A stretch of 64,000 nt of DNA. Source: a virus. Lineage: Duplodnaviria; Heunggongvirae; Uroviricota; Caudoviricetes. Shown one piece after another: positions 1 to 8,541 of this stretch. The position numbers and the translations under genes were made by a program. The stretch lies in IMG/VR virus record IMGVR_UViG_3300022660_003821. The stretch is one strand, 5' to 3'. The notes beneath the pieces are model-generated. The model ran no database searches. It was given only the letters and a program-made list of their open reading frames with translations, and was not told the origin of the DNA. Position 1 is the first letter of the stretch. Every line of letters begins with the position of its first letter.

Positions 1-2
1 CG

Positions 3-1475
3 CTCTCCAAAGGAGATTTTGAAACGCTGGAAGATTTGGGTTTTGAAGAGTTAACTAATGGGAATGAATGTCTCACTGCACAAGAAGGGGTTATACTAAA
101 TAGCAGAACCCTCTGTCAAATAGCAGAACCCTCTGCTAAAAGGCAGAACCCTCTGCTAAATAGCACAACCTTCTGTCATATAGCAGAACCCTATGCTAAA
201 AAGCAGAAGGTTCTGTTAAAAAGCATAACTATTTTTGAGGAAATTCAGCGAACAATACGCGAAAACTACGAAAAAATAGACTTTATCGAGGAATTTAGAG
301 ACGAATTTCTGGAATATTTCTCAGAAGAAGAGTTCGGCGAATTGGTTTTTTCAATTTTTGACGAAACAAACCTGGAAAATGTGAAATTTGGCCCCGAATT
401 GTTGGTGTTTTTGTGTTCCGGGGTTCTGTCATTTAGCAGAAGGGGGTTCTGTCATTTAGCAGAAGGGGTTATGCTAAATAGCAGAACAGTAAATAAAGAA
501 ATAAATATAAATAAAGAAGAAAGTCGGAATAACGAAGTTATTCCTCCCAAAGAAAAAGAAAAAGATATTTTTGAACTCGATAAAACAAGTTTAGAACAAT
601 CTCTCTCAGGTTATCAACAAACCAAAAGAAAACAGTCGCTTCCATTCTTCCCAGTTAACGAAGTTGAAGAATATATTGCAAACATTCGCAACTGTCTTGA
701 CCGGGCAGATAAAATTTACATCAATCAGGTTTGGGAAATAGCACATGAATGTTTCGATCAAGATGCGGTACTTGATGAAGACGGTCAAGAAATCATTCCA
801 GCCAATACCAATCTGGAAAATATCGGGGTAAGCAAAGAACGCCTCATGAAAGACATTTTGCTTCCAGCCTTTGATCAGACACAGGCAATTATTGAATCAG
901 GTAGCGTAATGGTAGATGGTGAGGAACTTCCAGTAACAGCAGTTATAGACAACCCAGAAGATTTTGAGAACATCATTGACTGGGAGATTCAGACTATACT
1001 TGATGGAGACAATTACATCATATCTACAAAGCGTGTCAGAAATATTTATGCTGAACAGGTAGAGCAGGTAGCACCCAGGTCAGTTAAAAGACACAACAGA
1101 GAGGATGATATGTCGTACATGCAGAAGATAGTCTTGATTGGAGATGATGATGCACGTTACTCCCAGTTAACCCCAATAGAGCTGGTGATATACAATTTCC
1201 TAAACGACAACTTCCAGATTGGAGAGCACGGAGAGATTGAAGAACCGAAACACGCTTTCGTCAATAGAACCGCTTTAGCAACATTCTATGTCGATGCAAA
1301 AGAAAAGGGCGTATCAGATACAGATTTCCTCAGTGTCCTTTCAAAAGACAAACCTGATGGCACCGGCAGCTTGAATATGAGGCAAAGAATGTTCAGTGCA
1401 GACAAAATTAGAAAATGGAACCGTCTGCATACGGCCACCAGCATTATTGATGAATTTGAAATTAATTATGACTGA
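3..1475 (+). CDS. hypothetical protein, 5'-partial (the ORF is open to the window edge); candidate replication initiator with ori iterons inside its own coding sequence
   Basis: The reading frame is open from position 3 through 1475; the track calls it 36..1475. The non-repeat parts look protein-like. The 20-bp iterons translate in frame. No domain recognised by eye. Confidence 0.4.
   Translation, partial: LSKGDFETLEDLGFEELTNGNECLTAQEGVILNSRTLCQIAEPSAKRQNPLLNSTTFCHIAEPYAKKQKVLLKSITIFEEIQRTIRENYEKIDFIEEFRDEFLEYFSEEEFGELVFSIFDETNLENVKFGPELLVFLCSGVLSFSRRGFCHLAEGVMLNSRTVNKEININKEESRNNEVIPPKEKEKDIFELDKTSLEQSLSGYQQTKRKQSLPFFPVNEVEEYIANIRNCLDRADKIYINQVWEIAHECFDQDAVLDEDGQEIIPANTNLENIGVSKERLMKDILLPAFDQTQAIIESGSVMVDGEELPVTAVIDNPEDFENIIDWEIQTILDGDNYIISTKRVRNIYAEQVEQVAPRSVKRHNREDDMSYMQKIVLIGDDDARYSQLTPIELVIYNFLNDNFQIGEHGEIEEPKHAFVNRTALATFYVDAKEKGVSDTDFLSVLSKDKPDGTGSLNMRQRMFSADKIRKWNRLHTATSIIDEFEINYD
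98..220. repeat. six head-to-tail 20-bp direct repeats (TAGCAGAACCCTCTGCTAAA-like), iteron-type
   Basis: Units start at 101, 121, 141, 161, 181 and 201 with an exact 20-bp period and 1-3 substitutions each. Confidence 0.8.
421..487. repeat. inverted-orientation copies of the iteron (GGGTTCTGTCATTTAGCAGAAG x2, plus one direct copy)
   Basis: These are the reverse complement of the 101-220 units, spaced about 22 bp apart. Confidence 0.65.
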
Positions 1476-1638
1476 GAATGAAGCAGACATCATTTCAGCC
1501 GTTAATCCAGATGCGCTGGCGTATTATAAAGCAATGGTGGAATTATTGGCTGGGATAGATGCAAGACCAAAAAGTGTGGAATATGTCGTCTTTCGAGACA
1601 ATAATAAAGAAGAAATAATTCTCCCGGTTGGAGACTGA
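1469..1638 (+). CDS. small hypothetical protein (56 aa)
   Basis: An internal ATG in ORF 1396..1638 lies just after the stop of the upstream gene. Confidence 0.25.
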
Positions 1639-1656
1639 AATAAGAAAACAGAGAGC

Positions 1657-2613
1657 TTAACGGCCCTCTGTTTCTTTTTCAGGCTGTGCAAGTCTATCCC
1701 GCAACAGCTCTGCAAATTTCCCCATATAGTCATGCGCCTCTTCTCGTGAGGTAAAGTAGTTTCCAGCTATGTAACGGAACTGCGATGTCGGCGTTCCTTT
1801 CTCGGTCTCCTGAACAACGTGCATTTTATCGTTGATGTACCAGTATTTCCCACCCTTCTCTGTTTTTACAACCAATGGTTCTATACGATGCAGTTTATCA
1901 TACCAGACCTTGCCGTGTTTCTCCAGTTCACGGTTCATTCGTCTCTGGCTGCTTATGGTCATGGGGAGGAAATTAAATTCATGAACTGTACAAATTCCCG
2001 TCTCGTGCATTGAATAACCAATTTGGCCATTGGTGTAGATATAGTAGCAATACAGCTCGATAAAGTTATCGGCTGGGCGTATCTCCCTAACAACACCAAG
2101 GCCACGTATAGAATCATTATAGAACTCGATACGGTCATTGATGGAAGGCATATATTTTTTGATGATTAGCTCCCTGTTACGATCATATTGCAACCCTTGT
2201 TCGGATAAATCCCTCAGAACTTCTTTAGAGCGTTCCTCAGATACTTTGGATAGTTTGGATATAGAAGTTACCGTTCTGGTCAAATCAAAGCCTCCTTCGG
2301 TCTTTATAGCTTCAATGTGAGCTTCGCTTAAATCGCAACGACCAAGAATAACCAAGTTACCATCAAGTTCTGCAACTTCTCCAGATGCAAAACCATTATT
2401 GTACCAATTAGTGAATGTCGAAATATCTATGCCGTGTTCGGAATAGGTTGGAGATATTGAAAGAGAATTTTTGTGCTGCTTAGAGAAGATAGCAATCATT
2501 TCCCAGTCTGCTTCAGATTTGAATGTTTGAGTGCTGAGAAAGTTTTGAATTTGAGATTCCGATTTCATAACTTGAAGATATACGTTGTCAATTGATGGAG
2601 CAAAGATAAGCAT
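1657..2613 (-). CDS. hypothetical protein (318 aa); a lone opposite-strand gene, moron-like
   Basis: Clean ORF on the minus strand between plus-strand blocks; about 870 bp of regulatory DNA lies upstream. Confidence 0.55.
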   Translation of the reverse strand: MLIFAPSIDNVYLQVMKSESQIQNFLSTQTFKSEADWEMIAIFSKQHKNSLSISPTYSEHGIDISTFTNWYNNGFASGEVAELDGNLVILGRCDLSEAHIEAIKTEGGFDLTRTVTSISKLSKVSEERSKEVLRDLSEQGLQYDRNRELIIKKYMPSINDRIEFYNDSIRGLGVVREIRPADNFIELYCYYIYTNGQIGYSMHETGICTVHEFNFLPMTISSQRRMNRELEKHGKVWYDKLHRIEPLVVKTEKGGKYWYINDKMHVVQETEKGTPTSQFRYIAGNYFTSREEAHDYMGKFAELLRDRLAQPEKETEGR

Positions 2614-2766
2614 ATTTTTTGAGATTGTGCAAATGCGATTAAATTTTTTGTAATCTTGCGGAAAATGAGACTGAAAAATTAGAGGCCCCGGAAAAAATTG
2701 GGGTTTTAGATATGTCGAATTTGTAAAAACGCCATAGAATTGATTTTAACGCATTTTATTTCTTGG

Positions 2767-2783
2767 GTGGATAAGTTGTCCAC
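2767..2783. promoter_or_regulatory. palindromic operator-like site GTGGATAAGTTGTCCAC
   Basis: Perfect 5-bp arms GTGGA/TCCAC around a 7-nt spacer. The arms have the same GTGG..CCAC character as the downstream motif array. Confidence 0.35.
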
Positions 2784-3033
2784 CTCAGCTAAGAAAGTGT
2801 CTCAGAAAGGCTTGGAGGTGGCAAAAACAGGGTGTTCCGATATGGGGTTGTTGTGACGGTTTTGAGGACATGATGCGGACCTGTCGGAAACAAGAAGGTG
2901 GCTGGGAGACCTCCAGTTATATATAAGGTATAAAATCTGCCCAAAAATGAGACTTAAATTTTGAGGCCAGAAATTATATATGGTATTCGCACCACAAGGC
3001 ACACCCTCCCTCGTATTTTATTTTTCGTAAGTC

Positions 3034-3114
3034 GCTGAAAATCAACGATTTAGCACTTTCACTTTTGTAGTAAGTGAAACACAAAGGTGCTGAAAATCAA
3101 TGATTTAGCACTTT
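3034..3114. promoter_or_regulatory. two 26-bp direct repeats, GCTGAAAATCAA(C/T)GATTTAGCACTTT, flanking a short inverted repeat; operator-like
   Basis: Copies at 3034-3059 and 3089-3114 with one mismatch. A second repeat pair, AAATGAGACT(G/T)AAA..GAGGCC, sits near 2666 and 2945. Confidence 0.45.
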
Positions 3115-3489
3115 TTTGATGCCAAACGGCAATTTTTCTCGCGGTTAGAAATACAGGCGTGTGGATGGGTGTCTGGGCACGCACACGTAGACTCCCGTCC
3201 ACGCAGGTCTGGGCACGCTCGCAGACTTGACACACGAGGCTTTGCCCACACGTGAAGTCCACGCCGACAAGTGGGCGGGAGCAGGTCTGGGCACGTGATG
3301 CACAGCCACACACGCAGGGAAACTCCCGCTGGACGCGCTAAGACTCTGCCGCGCTCTTTCTCCTGCGCATAATGCTCGTGGAAACAGGCGAAGAGACAGG
3401 CACGTAGCACCCACCGTTTCAGCCGTAACTTTGCAGCGTCAATTCCGACAAAGACGACCCGTCTGTCAGGGTAAAAATCTTCGATTTTT

Positions 3490-4035
3490 ATGAAAACTTC
3501 AAGCAACATCAACGCAACAAGTGCTAACGTAGTTAGCAAGTCATCAACCCTCGCAACCGAGCAGAAGCCGGTTAAAACCCAAAGGGTTTTAGAAACTCGT
3601 GAACAGTGGGGTGTGATTTTCAATCACACAGTCAGCCTCGTGGTAGCATACACGAAGGGCGAAGCCCTACCCGAAGACTCTCGCAAAGGCTTTGCCTTTG
3701 GCACAACCAAAGATGCACCCCACTGCCGAGGTTATGCCCAATCTTTGATTGGGGGCTTCGTGAGCAAGAAAGCCAACAAGTTCTTCGCTCAAACCGTAGG
3801 TTTGCAGACCGTTGAGGAGCGAACCAAGATAGCTATTGCTATCTTGCTGAAAACCAAGTTGGGCGGTGCGGACGAGAGCAAGGCACGTAGCATTCTCGGC
3901 AAAGCCGAGCCAAAGCAAGCGAAGACCTTTGCCGAGGCGGTTTTGAACGGAGTTCAAACAAGCAAGCCAACCGCTGAGGTTGCTCCAAAGGAGCAAAAGG
4001 CGAAACCCAAGAAGACTGCGAAAAAAGCCAACTAA
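3490..4035 (+). CDS. hypothetical protein with a lysine-rich, histone-H1-like C-terminal tail; possible DNA-binding protein
   Basis: 181-aa ORF with a protein-like sequence and a KEQKAKPKKTAKKAN tail, followed by a strong terminator. Confidence 0.5.
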   Translation: MKTSSNINATSANVVSKSSTLATEQKPVKTQRVLETREQWGVIFNHTVSLVVAYTKGEALPEDSRKGFAFGTTKDAPHCRGYAQSLIGGFVSKKANKFFAQTVGLQTVEERTKIAIAILLKTKLGGADESKARSILGKAEPKQAKTFAEAVLNGVQTSKPTAEVAPKEQKAKPKKTAKKAN

Positions 4036-4065
4036 CCCGTAGGGTTAACACCTCGCTCCGAAAGT

Positions 4066-4093
4066 CCTCTCCCCTTTGGGGAGGGGATTTTTT
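4066..4093 (+). terminator. rho-independent terminator
   Basis: CCTCTCCCC-TTT-GGGGAGGGG followed by ATTTTTTG. Confidence 0.7.
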
Positions 4094-4094
4094 G

Positions 4095-5165
4095 TTGCCC
4101 TATTACGTGGGCGCACATAATTACGCAGATGGGCGTACACGCGCAAAAATACGCGCCTCCACACAACACGCTGGGCACAGATGGGCACGCACGCAAAACA
4201 CGTGGGCTTGCACATAACACACGTGGCACCACGCAGCACTCTCTCGTGGGCTGTTGTGGGAGTGCGTGGAACTTGGTGGACGGGTGTGGACTTCCAATGC
4301 GTGAAAGTTGCCGATTTTTTGGGGGTCCACACGTAGCCGTAATGGGTGCGCACGATAGTCGCGTGGCTTTCCACCCATGAACCTGGGCGTACACAATCTG
4401 CACGTGGCTACCCAACGCATATTCGTGGACACCCAGCAACAACACGTGGACATCCAACGCATAACTATGGGTGCCCAACCGTAAGCCTTGGGTGTCCATA
4501 CGCAACAAATGGGTGCCCAAGCCAAACACGTGACAGCCCACGCAAATATCTGGGTGCCCACAAAACCTCGTGGGTGCCCAATCTCATCGTGTGGGCATCC
4601 AGCCAAAACACCTGACCGCCCACTATACAACACGTGGACACCCAATTCAGCATTGCCTTGGACCTCCACGCAAAAATGTGGGCATCCAATTTGTCGCGTG
4701 GCTTTCCACGAAACATTGTGGACACCCAAAGACCTCGTGGATGCCCGTAAGACTTCGTGGACACCCAATCAATATCGTGGAAGCCCACCGCAAATGGTGT
4801 GGCAGTCCAGTAGCGTCCACCCTCCTAAAGCGTGGAGTTCCACCGCATGTTTGTGGAGGTCCACGAAGTAACAACACGTGGCTCCACGTTGAGCATTGTG
4901 TGGACATTCAGGTGCTTGAAACGTGGGAGTCCGTGCGCAACAACGTGAGCACCCATATAACAAGCGTGTGGCTGTCCACGACATGTTGGGTGGGTGTCCA
5001 ATTTCGTGGGAGTGCGTGGAAGCAGGTGGGTGTCCACATGTGTCCAGTGTGGAGGTGTCTGGACGAGGCGTGGGTGCCCAGTGTGGACGCTGTGGGCGAG
5101 CGCATAATAGGCATCCACGTTACCTGTCCACATACCGGTCCATGTGGACACTCGATGGCGTGTTA
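4095..5165. repeat. dense array of about 45 degenerate GTGG-N3-5-CCA(C/A) half-palindromic motifs at roughly 20-24-bp spacing; GC-rich, non-coding
   Basis: Recurring GTGGACACCCAA, GTGGGTGCCCAA, GTGGGCATCCAA, GTGGAGGTCCAC and similar. The period is not a multiple of 3. The many mutually overlapping ORFs on both strands are stop-poor composition artefacts. Confidence 0.75.
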
Positions 5166-5209
5166 CAATTACGCTCGCCCAAGCCTGCCCATTAGTATTA
5201 AGCCGAGCC

Positions 5210-5236
5210 TTCTCCCTTTGGGAGAAAGTTTTTTTA
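5210..5236 (+). terminator. rho-independent terminator closing the array segment
   Basis: TTCTCCC-TTT-GGGAGAA followed by AGTTTTTTT. Confidence 0.7.
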
Positions 5237-5691
5237 ATAAATTTTTTTTCGCTAAATTGTTGTGTGTCAATTTGTTGCGGAATACCTTTGCAATGTTTTC
5301 AGTTCTGTCGTTGGCGAATGACAAAACAATGAAAATGCACCGATGTGGTGCTCGCTCTTTGACATACGGAGTTGTTTGACAAGTACAAATGCACACTTGC
5401 GTCTGACGCACTTTATGAGTGTGTGTTATACGAGCAACACGGATAAGTGGCGTGTATGTCTGACATACACAAAACGATGCCAACAAAGCAACAAAGGATT
5501 GACACTTAACTACCCCATACACACATAGTGTATGCTCGTGACAAGGCGAGAAAAATGGGTTTGCTTACATAAGCTATAAGTATGCCCAAAAAGTAGGAGT
5601 CAAGTGAGTAAAAATTTCGTTTAACTTGCTCACATACGGAAGGCGGTGTGTGAGTGTAACAGACACGTTAAGGGCGTGAGCCGACAGAATT

Positions 5692-6315
5692 ATGGCTAAA
5701 ACAAATAGCAACAATCAGAGTGTAGCAACAAAGTTCAACGTAACTTTCGGTGTTCAGGGTTATGACGTGATACCCGCAAATGCAGCCGTGTTGCTCAATG
5801 AGCGCAAGATGCGTATTGACGGCGAACTCAAAAGCGTAACTGAGTTTATGGCTGTTGAGGGTGTAAAAAGCACCAAGAACACAGACCTCGTGCTTCCTGT
5901 ACTCGCCATTATGCTGGCAGATGCACGTACAAGAGGCGGTTTTGCAAGCGACTTCAAGGTGTGCGTAGTAGGCAGTCAGACCGTTGAAACCAAACTTACC
6001 GCCAAGAGTGCGTTTACCAAGTGGCTCAAAGGCAATGTCGTGTACAAGAGCAATAGCGAGGGTGTGCTCAACAAGGCACTCGTACTCGATGAGGGCTTGT
6101 ATCTCCGCAATACGGCTCTGCGTGTTAGCGAAAAGCAACCCATCTACTCTGCAACCGGAGATACCTTGCGTGTGTTGCTCTTCAAGACCGCTGAGGCTAT
6201 TACCAAGCAAGCGACAATGTTCAAGGACATCGTAGGTCAGGCAAAGAGCATCTTCAACGCTGCCTACACAGAGGCGAAACCTGCAACCAAGAGCGAGGAT
6301 AAAAACGCCGCATAA
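5692..6315 (+). CDS. hypothetical protein (207 aa)
   Basis: Clean ORF with a 450-bp leader carrying repeated GACATAC motifs, followed by a terminator. Confidence 0.55.
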   Translation: MAKTNSNNQSVATKFNVTFGVQGYDVIPANAAVLLNERKMRIDGELKSVTEFMAVEGVKSTKNTDLVLPVLAIMLADARTRGGFASDFKVCVVGSQTVETKLTAKSAFTKWLKGNVVYKSNSEGVLNKALVLDEGLYLRNTALRVSEKQPIYSATGDTLRVLLFKTAEAITKQATMFKDIVGQAKSIFNAAYTEAKPATKSEDKNAA

Positions 6316-6337
6316 CATACACATCTGCATAGCGACA

Positions 6338-6370
6338 CCGCCCAGCCTACACAGGTTGGGCGGTTTGCTT
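6338..6370 (+). terminator. rho-independent terminator
   Basis: CCGCCCAGCC-TACACA-GGTTGGGCGG followed by TTTGCTT. Confidence 0.65.
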
Positions 6371-6523
6371 ATATAACGTGTGGGCGCACATTATGTTACG
6401 TGTCCACACGCTTGTATGTGTAATATGTGCGTCCACATAAATAGGTGCGTGCGTATAATTGCGTCTTGTCGCTAATGCGTGAGTTTTCTCCACATTTTCC
6501 CGAACCCTCAAAAATGCTCAAAA

Positions 6524-7150
6524 ATGAAAATAGCCGATATATTATCTTCTGCCCAATTTACGGCAATGTATGACGTTGCCAACACGCAATCAGACGCGGA
6601 CAAACACGCTCCTGAATTGTCGCTTATCCACGAATTTCTTTACGCATTTGCGGCTCAACGCTCTTGCGTGTATTCCGCAGGCTTCTGGAGGGATTTGCAC
6701 GAGGAGCACTCATCTTCTGCCGATGTTATGGTGTGTATCAAGAACCGAAAAGCGACTATTATGCCTGTAATGCGGACACGTATCTTTGCCCGTCATCTGG
6801 GCGAGATGTTGAAAGAGGGTGTGTCGGTGTGTTGGATTGTCAAAGGCAGGGCGAAACAGGTAGATTGGGAGAACTGGAAGGTGGTGTATGCACAACTCAC
6901 AGCGGACACAACCGTTAAATGCGAGTATGATGAGCAGATTTCCAGACGTGAAATACGCAGAATACGTGTCAACGAGAAGCGCGAGCGTATGTTCAGCGAT
7001 GCAGCTCTTTCGGAACGATACAAAAAGATGAGTAAGCGTGGCTATAATCTCGCGTTTGACGAGATGCGTGCTATGCAACGTCAGGAAGAGTACGAGAGAA
7101 AACTGCGGAAAGTCGTGAACGAGGCAGAGAAAATTTTGCAAGTGTTGTGA
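6524..7150 (+). CDS. hypothetical protein
   Basis: ORF 6479..7150; start moved to the internal Met (MKIADIL). Confidence 0.45.
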   Translation: MKIADILSSAQFTAMYDVANTQSDADKHAPELSLIHEFLYAFAAQRSCVYSAGFWRDLHEEHSSSADVMVCIKNRKATIMPVMRTRIFARHLGEMLKEGVSVCWIVKGRAKQVDWENWKVVYAQLTADTTVKCEYDEQISRREIRRIRVNEKRERMFSDAALSERYKKMSKRGYNLAFDEMRAMQRQEEYERKLRKVVNEAEKILQVL

Positions 7151-7174
7151 AGTTAAAATAAAAATCGAAACGTG

Positions 7175-7211
7175 AGCCGTAATCGGAGCAATCTGGTTAC
7201 GGCTATTTTTA
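7175..7211 (+). terminator. rho-independent terminator
   Basis: AGCCGTAA..TTACGGCT followed by ATTTTTAT. Confidence 0.6.
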
Positions 7212-7223
7212 TACCCATTCGTT

Positions 7224-7730
7224 ATGAAATCATTAAAAAGCAAAGATGTGAAGTGTGCAATTTTTGAAACGCTCAACAAAGAGCCACGCTTCCAGCATAT
7301 ACTGAAGACGGTCACTGACTGCATAAAACGCGGTCAAGAACCAGTAGTTTTGGAGAATTGGAACTCATATTTCCGTAAGCTCAAACCTAACGATCCTTTC
7401 TGGGAGAATATATTGACTGAAGCGGAGTTCACACATTTAGCCCCATTTTGGGACGATAAAGATGTAGAGATAAAATCTCGTGTATCGTTAAACGCGAAAA
7501 GTGATACGCCATTCCGGGAGGCTTCTGTGTCTATTACGTTTTCCAGAGGAGATAAAACGCTATTCAAAACTCAGTTTAATGCGCCTGAATGGTTGATGAA
7601 ATCCCAGGTGTATTTTGGTTATCGTGACCACAATTATTTCAGGATATTCTTCAAGTCCCTGGGGTATCATGTGGAGGACGGTAATGTAGCCGATAGACAA
7701 GGGTTGTTAATCAGACTTGGAGATGAGTAA
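7224..7730 (+). CDS. hypothetical protein (168 aa)
   Basis: ORF. Confidence 0.5.
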   Translation: MKSLKSKDVKCAIFETLNKEPRFQHILKTVTDCIKRGQEPVVLENWNSYFRKLKPNDPFWENILTEAEFTHLAPFWDDKDVEIKSRVSLNAKSDTPFREASVSITFSRGDKTLFKTQFNAPEWLMKSQVYFGYRDHNYFRIFFKSLGYHVEDGNVADRQGLLIRLGDE

Positions 7731-7992
7731 GCGTATGGAAAAGAATGATGTTTCCAGTTATTTCTTCTACATGTGGAATGCCTGGTGTGAGGAAGAGTGT
7801 CAAGCTGCTTTTGCCCATTCGTTATGTGGGTGGAGACACTTTTGGGAGAAATGGGGCGGTATCTGCAACAAACACGGTATTTGGGGAGCCGCTGAAAGAT
7901 TTTATGCAGAACTAAGCGAGAGTAACCGAGACCTTTTGGTGAAACGAGCCTGTGCTGTGTATGACCGTAATCGTAGAATCAAAAAAGACTAA
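7717..7992 (+). CDS. hypothetical protein (91 aa), Cys/Trp-rich
   Basis: ORF overlapping its neighbours by a few bp, operon-style. Confidence 0.4.
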   Translation: MEMSKRMEKNDVSSYFFYMWNAWCEEECQAAFAHSLCGWRHFWEKWGGICNKHGIWGAAERFYAELSESNRDLLVKRACAVYDRNRRIKKD

Positions 7993-7996
7993 TGTT

Positions 7997-8275
7997 ATGC
8001 GAAAAAGAATAATCAACGTAAAAGGTACGAAATATATCCGAGTTGCCTCTTGCAAAGCGGGACTTTTGAGATTTGCAATGCCCAGAGTAGTTGTTGCAAT
8101 TCTTTTGTGTGTTGTAATGTGCGCTTGCGCTACAAGTAATGAACATTCACGTAGCTGGCAGGTGTACTGTGCCAAATATAACGTGAACCCAGACCATCCA
8201 ACTGTTGAACAGGAGAACTTTTGGCTTGACTGTTATGCTGGAAGCGTGGAAGAAGAACAGGATTTGGGGTTGTAA
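7997..8275 (+). CDS. hypothetical secreted protein or lipoprotein candidate
   Basis: Hydrophobic stretch VVVAILLCVVMCACATS near the N-terminus; start uncertain. Confidence 0.35.
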   Translation: MRKRIINVKGTKYIRVASCKAGLLRFAMPRVVVAILLCVVMCACATSNEHSRSWQVYCAKYNVNPDHPTVEQENFWLDCYAGSVEEEQDLGL

Positions 8276-8280
8276 AATAA

Positions 8281-8541
8281 TTGTTGAACATTCAAAAATC
8301 AAATAAAATGAAAGAGTGTAAGGAATTTGCATGGTACTTATTGTGCCTGCTGGGAAAGTTGTTAGAGTGGTGTATCAAGAAGTCAATCCGCTTTTGTTTG
8401 TGGATAGATCGCTTTATTGTTAAGCGTTATTTCAATCTGGAAACCCCTATATATAAATTATGGTGGCGCAATCATGCTCTTGCGATTCAAAAGAAGTTGG
8501 ACAAAATTCATAACACGAACTATGCTGAAAATTCATTGTAA
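8281..8541 (+). CDS. hypothetical protein (86 aa)
   Basis: ORF. Confidence 0.3.
   Translation: MLNIQKSNKMKECKEFAWYLLCLLGKLLEWCIKKSIRFCLWIDRFIVKRYFNLETPIYKLWWRNHALAIQKKLDKIHNTNYAENSL

Noticed and set aside
98-487. Possible CRISPR array (regularly spaced repeats)
   Set aside because: The repeats are contiguous head-to-tail 20-bp units with no unique spacers between them, and they sit inside an open reading frame. That is iteron-like, not CRISPR-like.
606-788. Short antisense or embedded ORFs from the track, such as 606..788(-), 1524..1733(-), 5760..5957(-), 6710..7324(-), 12277..12555(-) and many 60-110-aa ORFs inside large genes such as 54330..54515 and 61346..61576
   Set aside because: They lie fully inside, and antisense to or out of frame with, longer ORFs that have recognisable domains or operon context. 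No independent support.
3059-5522. About 15 mutually overlapping ORFs of 60-270 aa on both strands across the GC-rich island
   Set aside because: They pile up in all frames and both strands only where the GTGG..CCA motif array removes stop codons. Any amino-acid periodicity would not be in phase, because the 22-bp spacing is not a multiple of 3. Good terminators bracket the segment. Only 3490..4035, which lies outside the array and has its own terminator, is kept.
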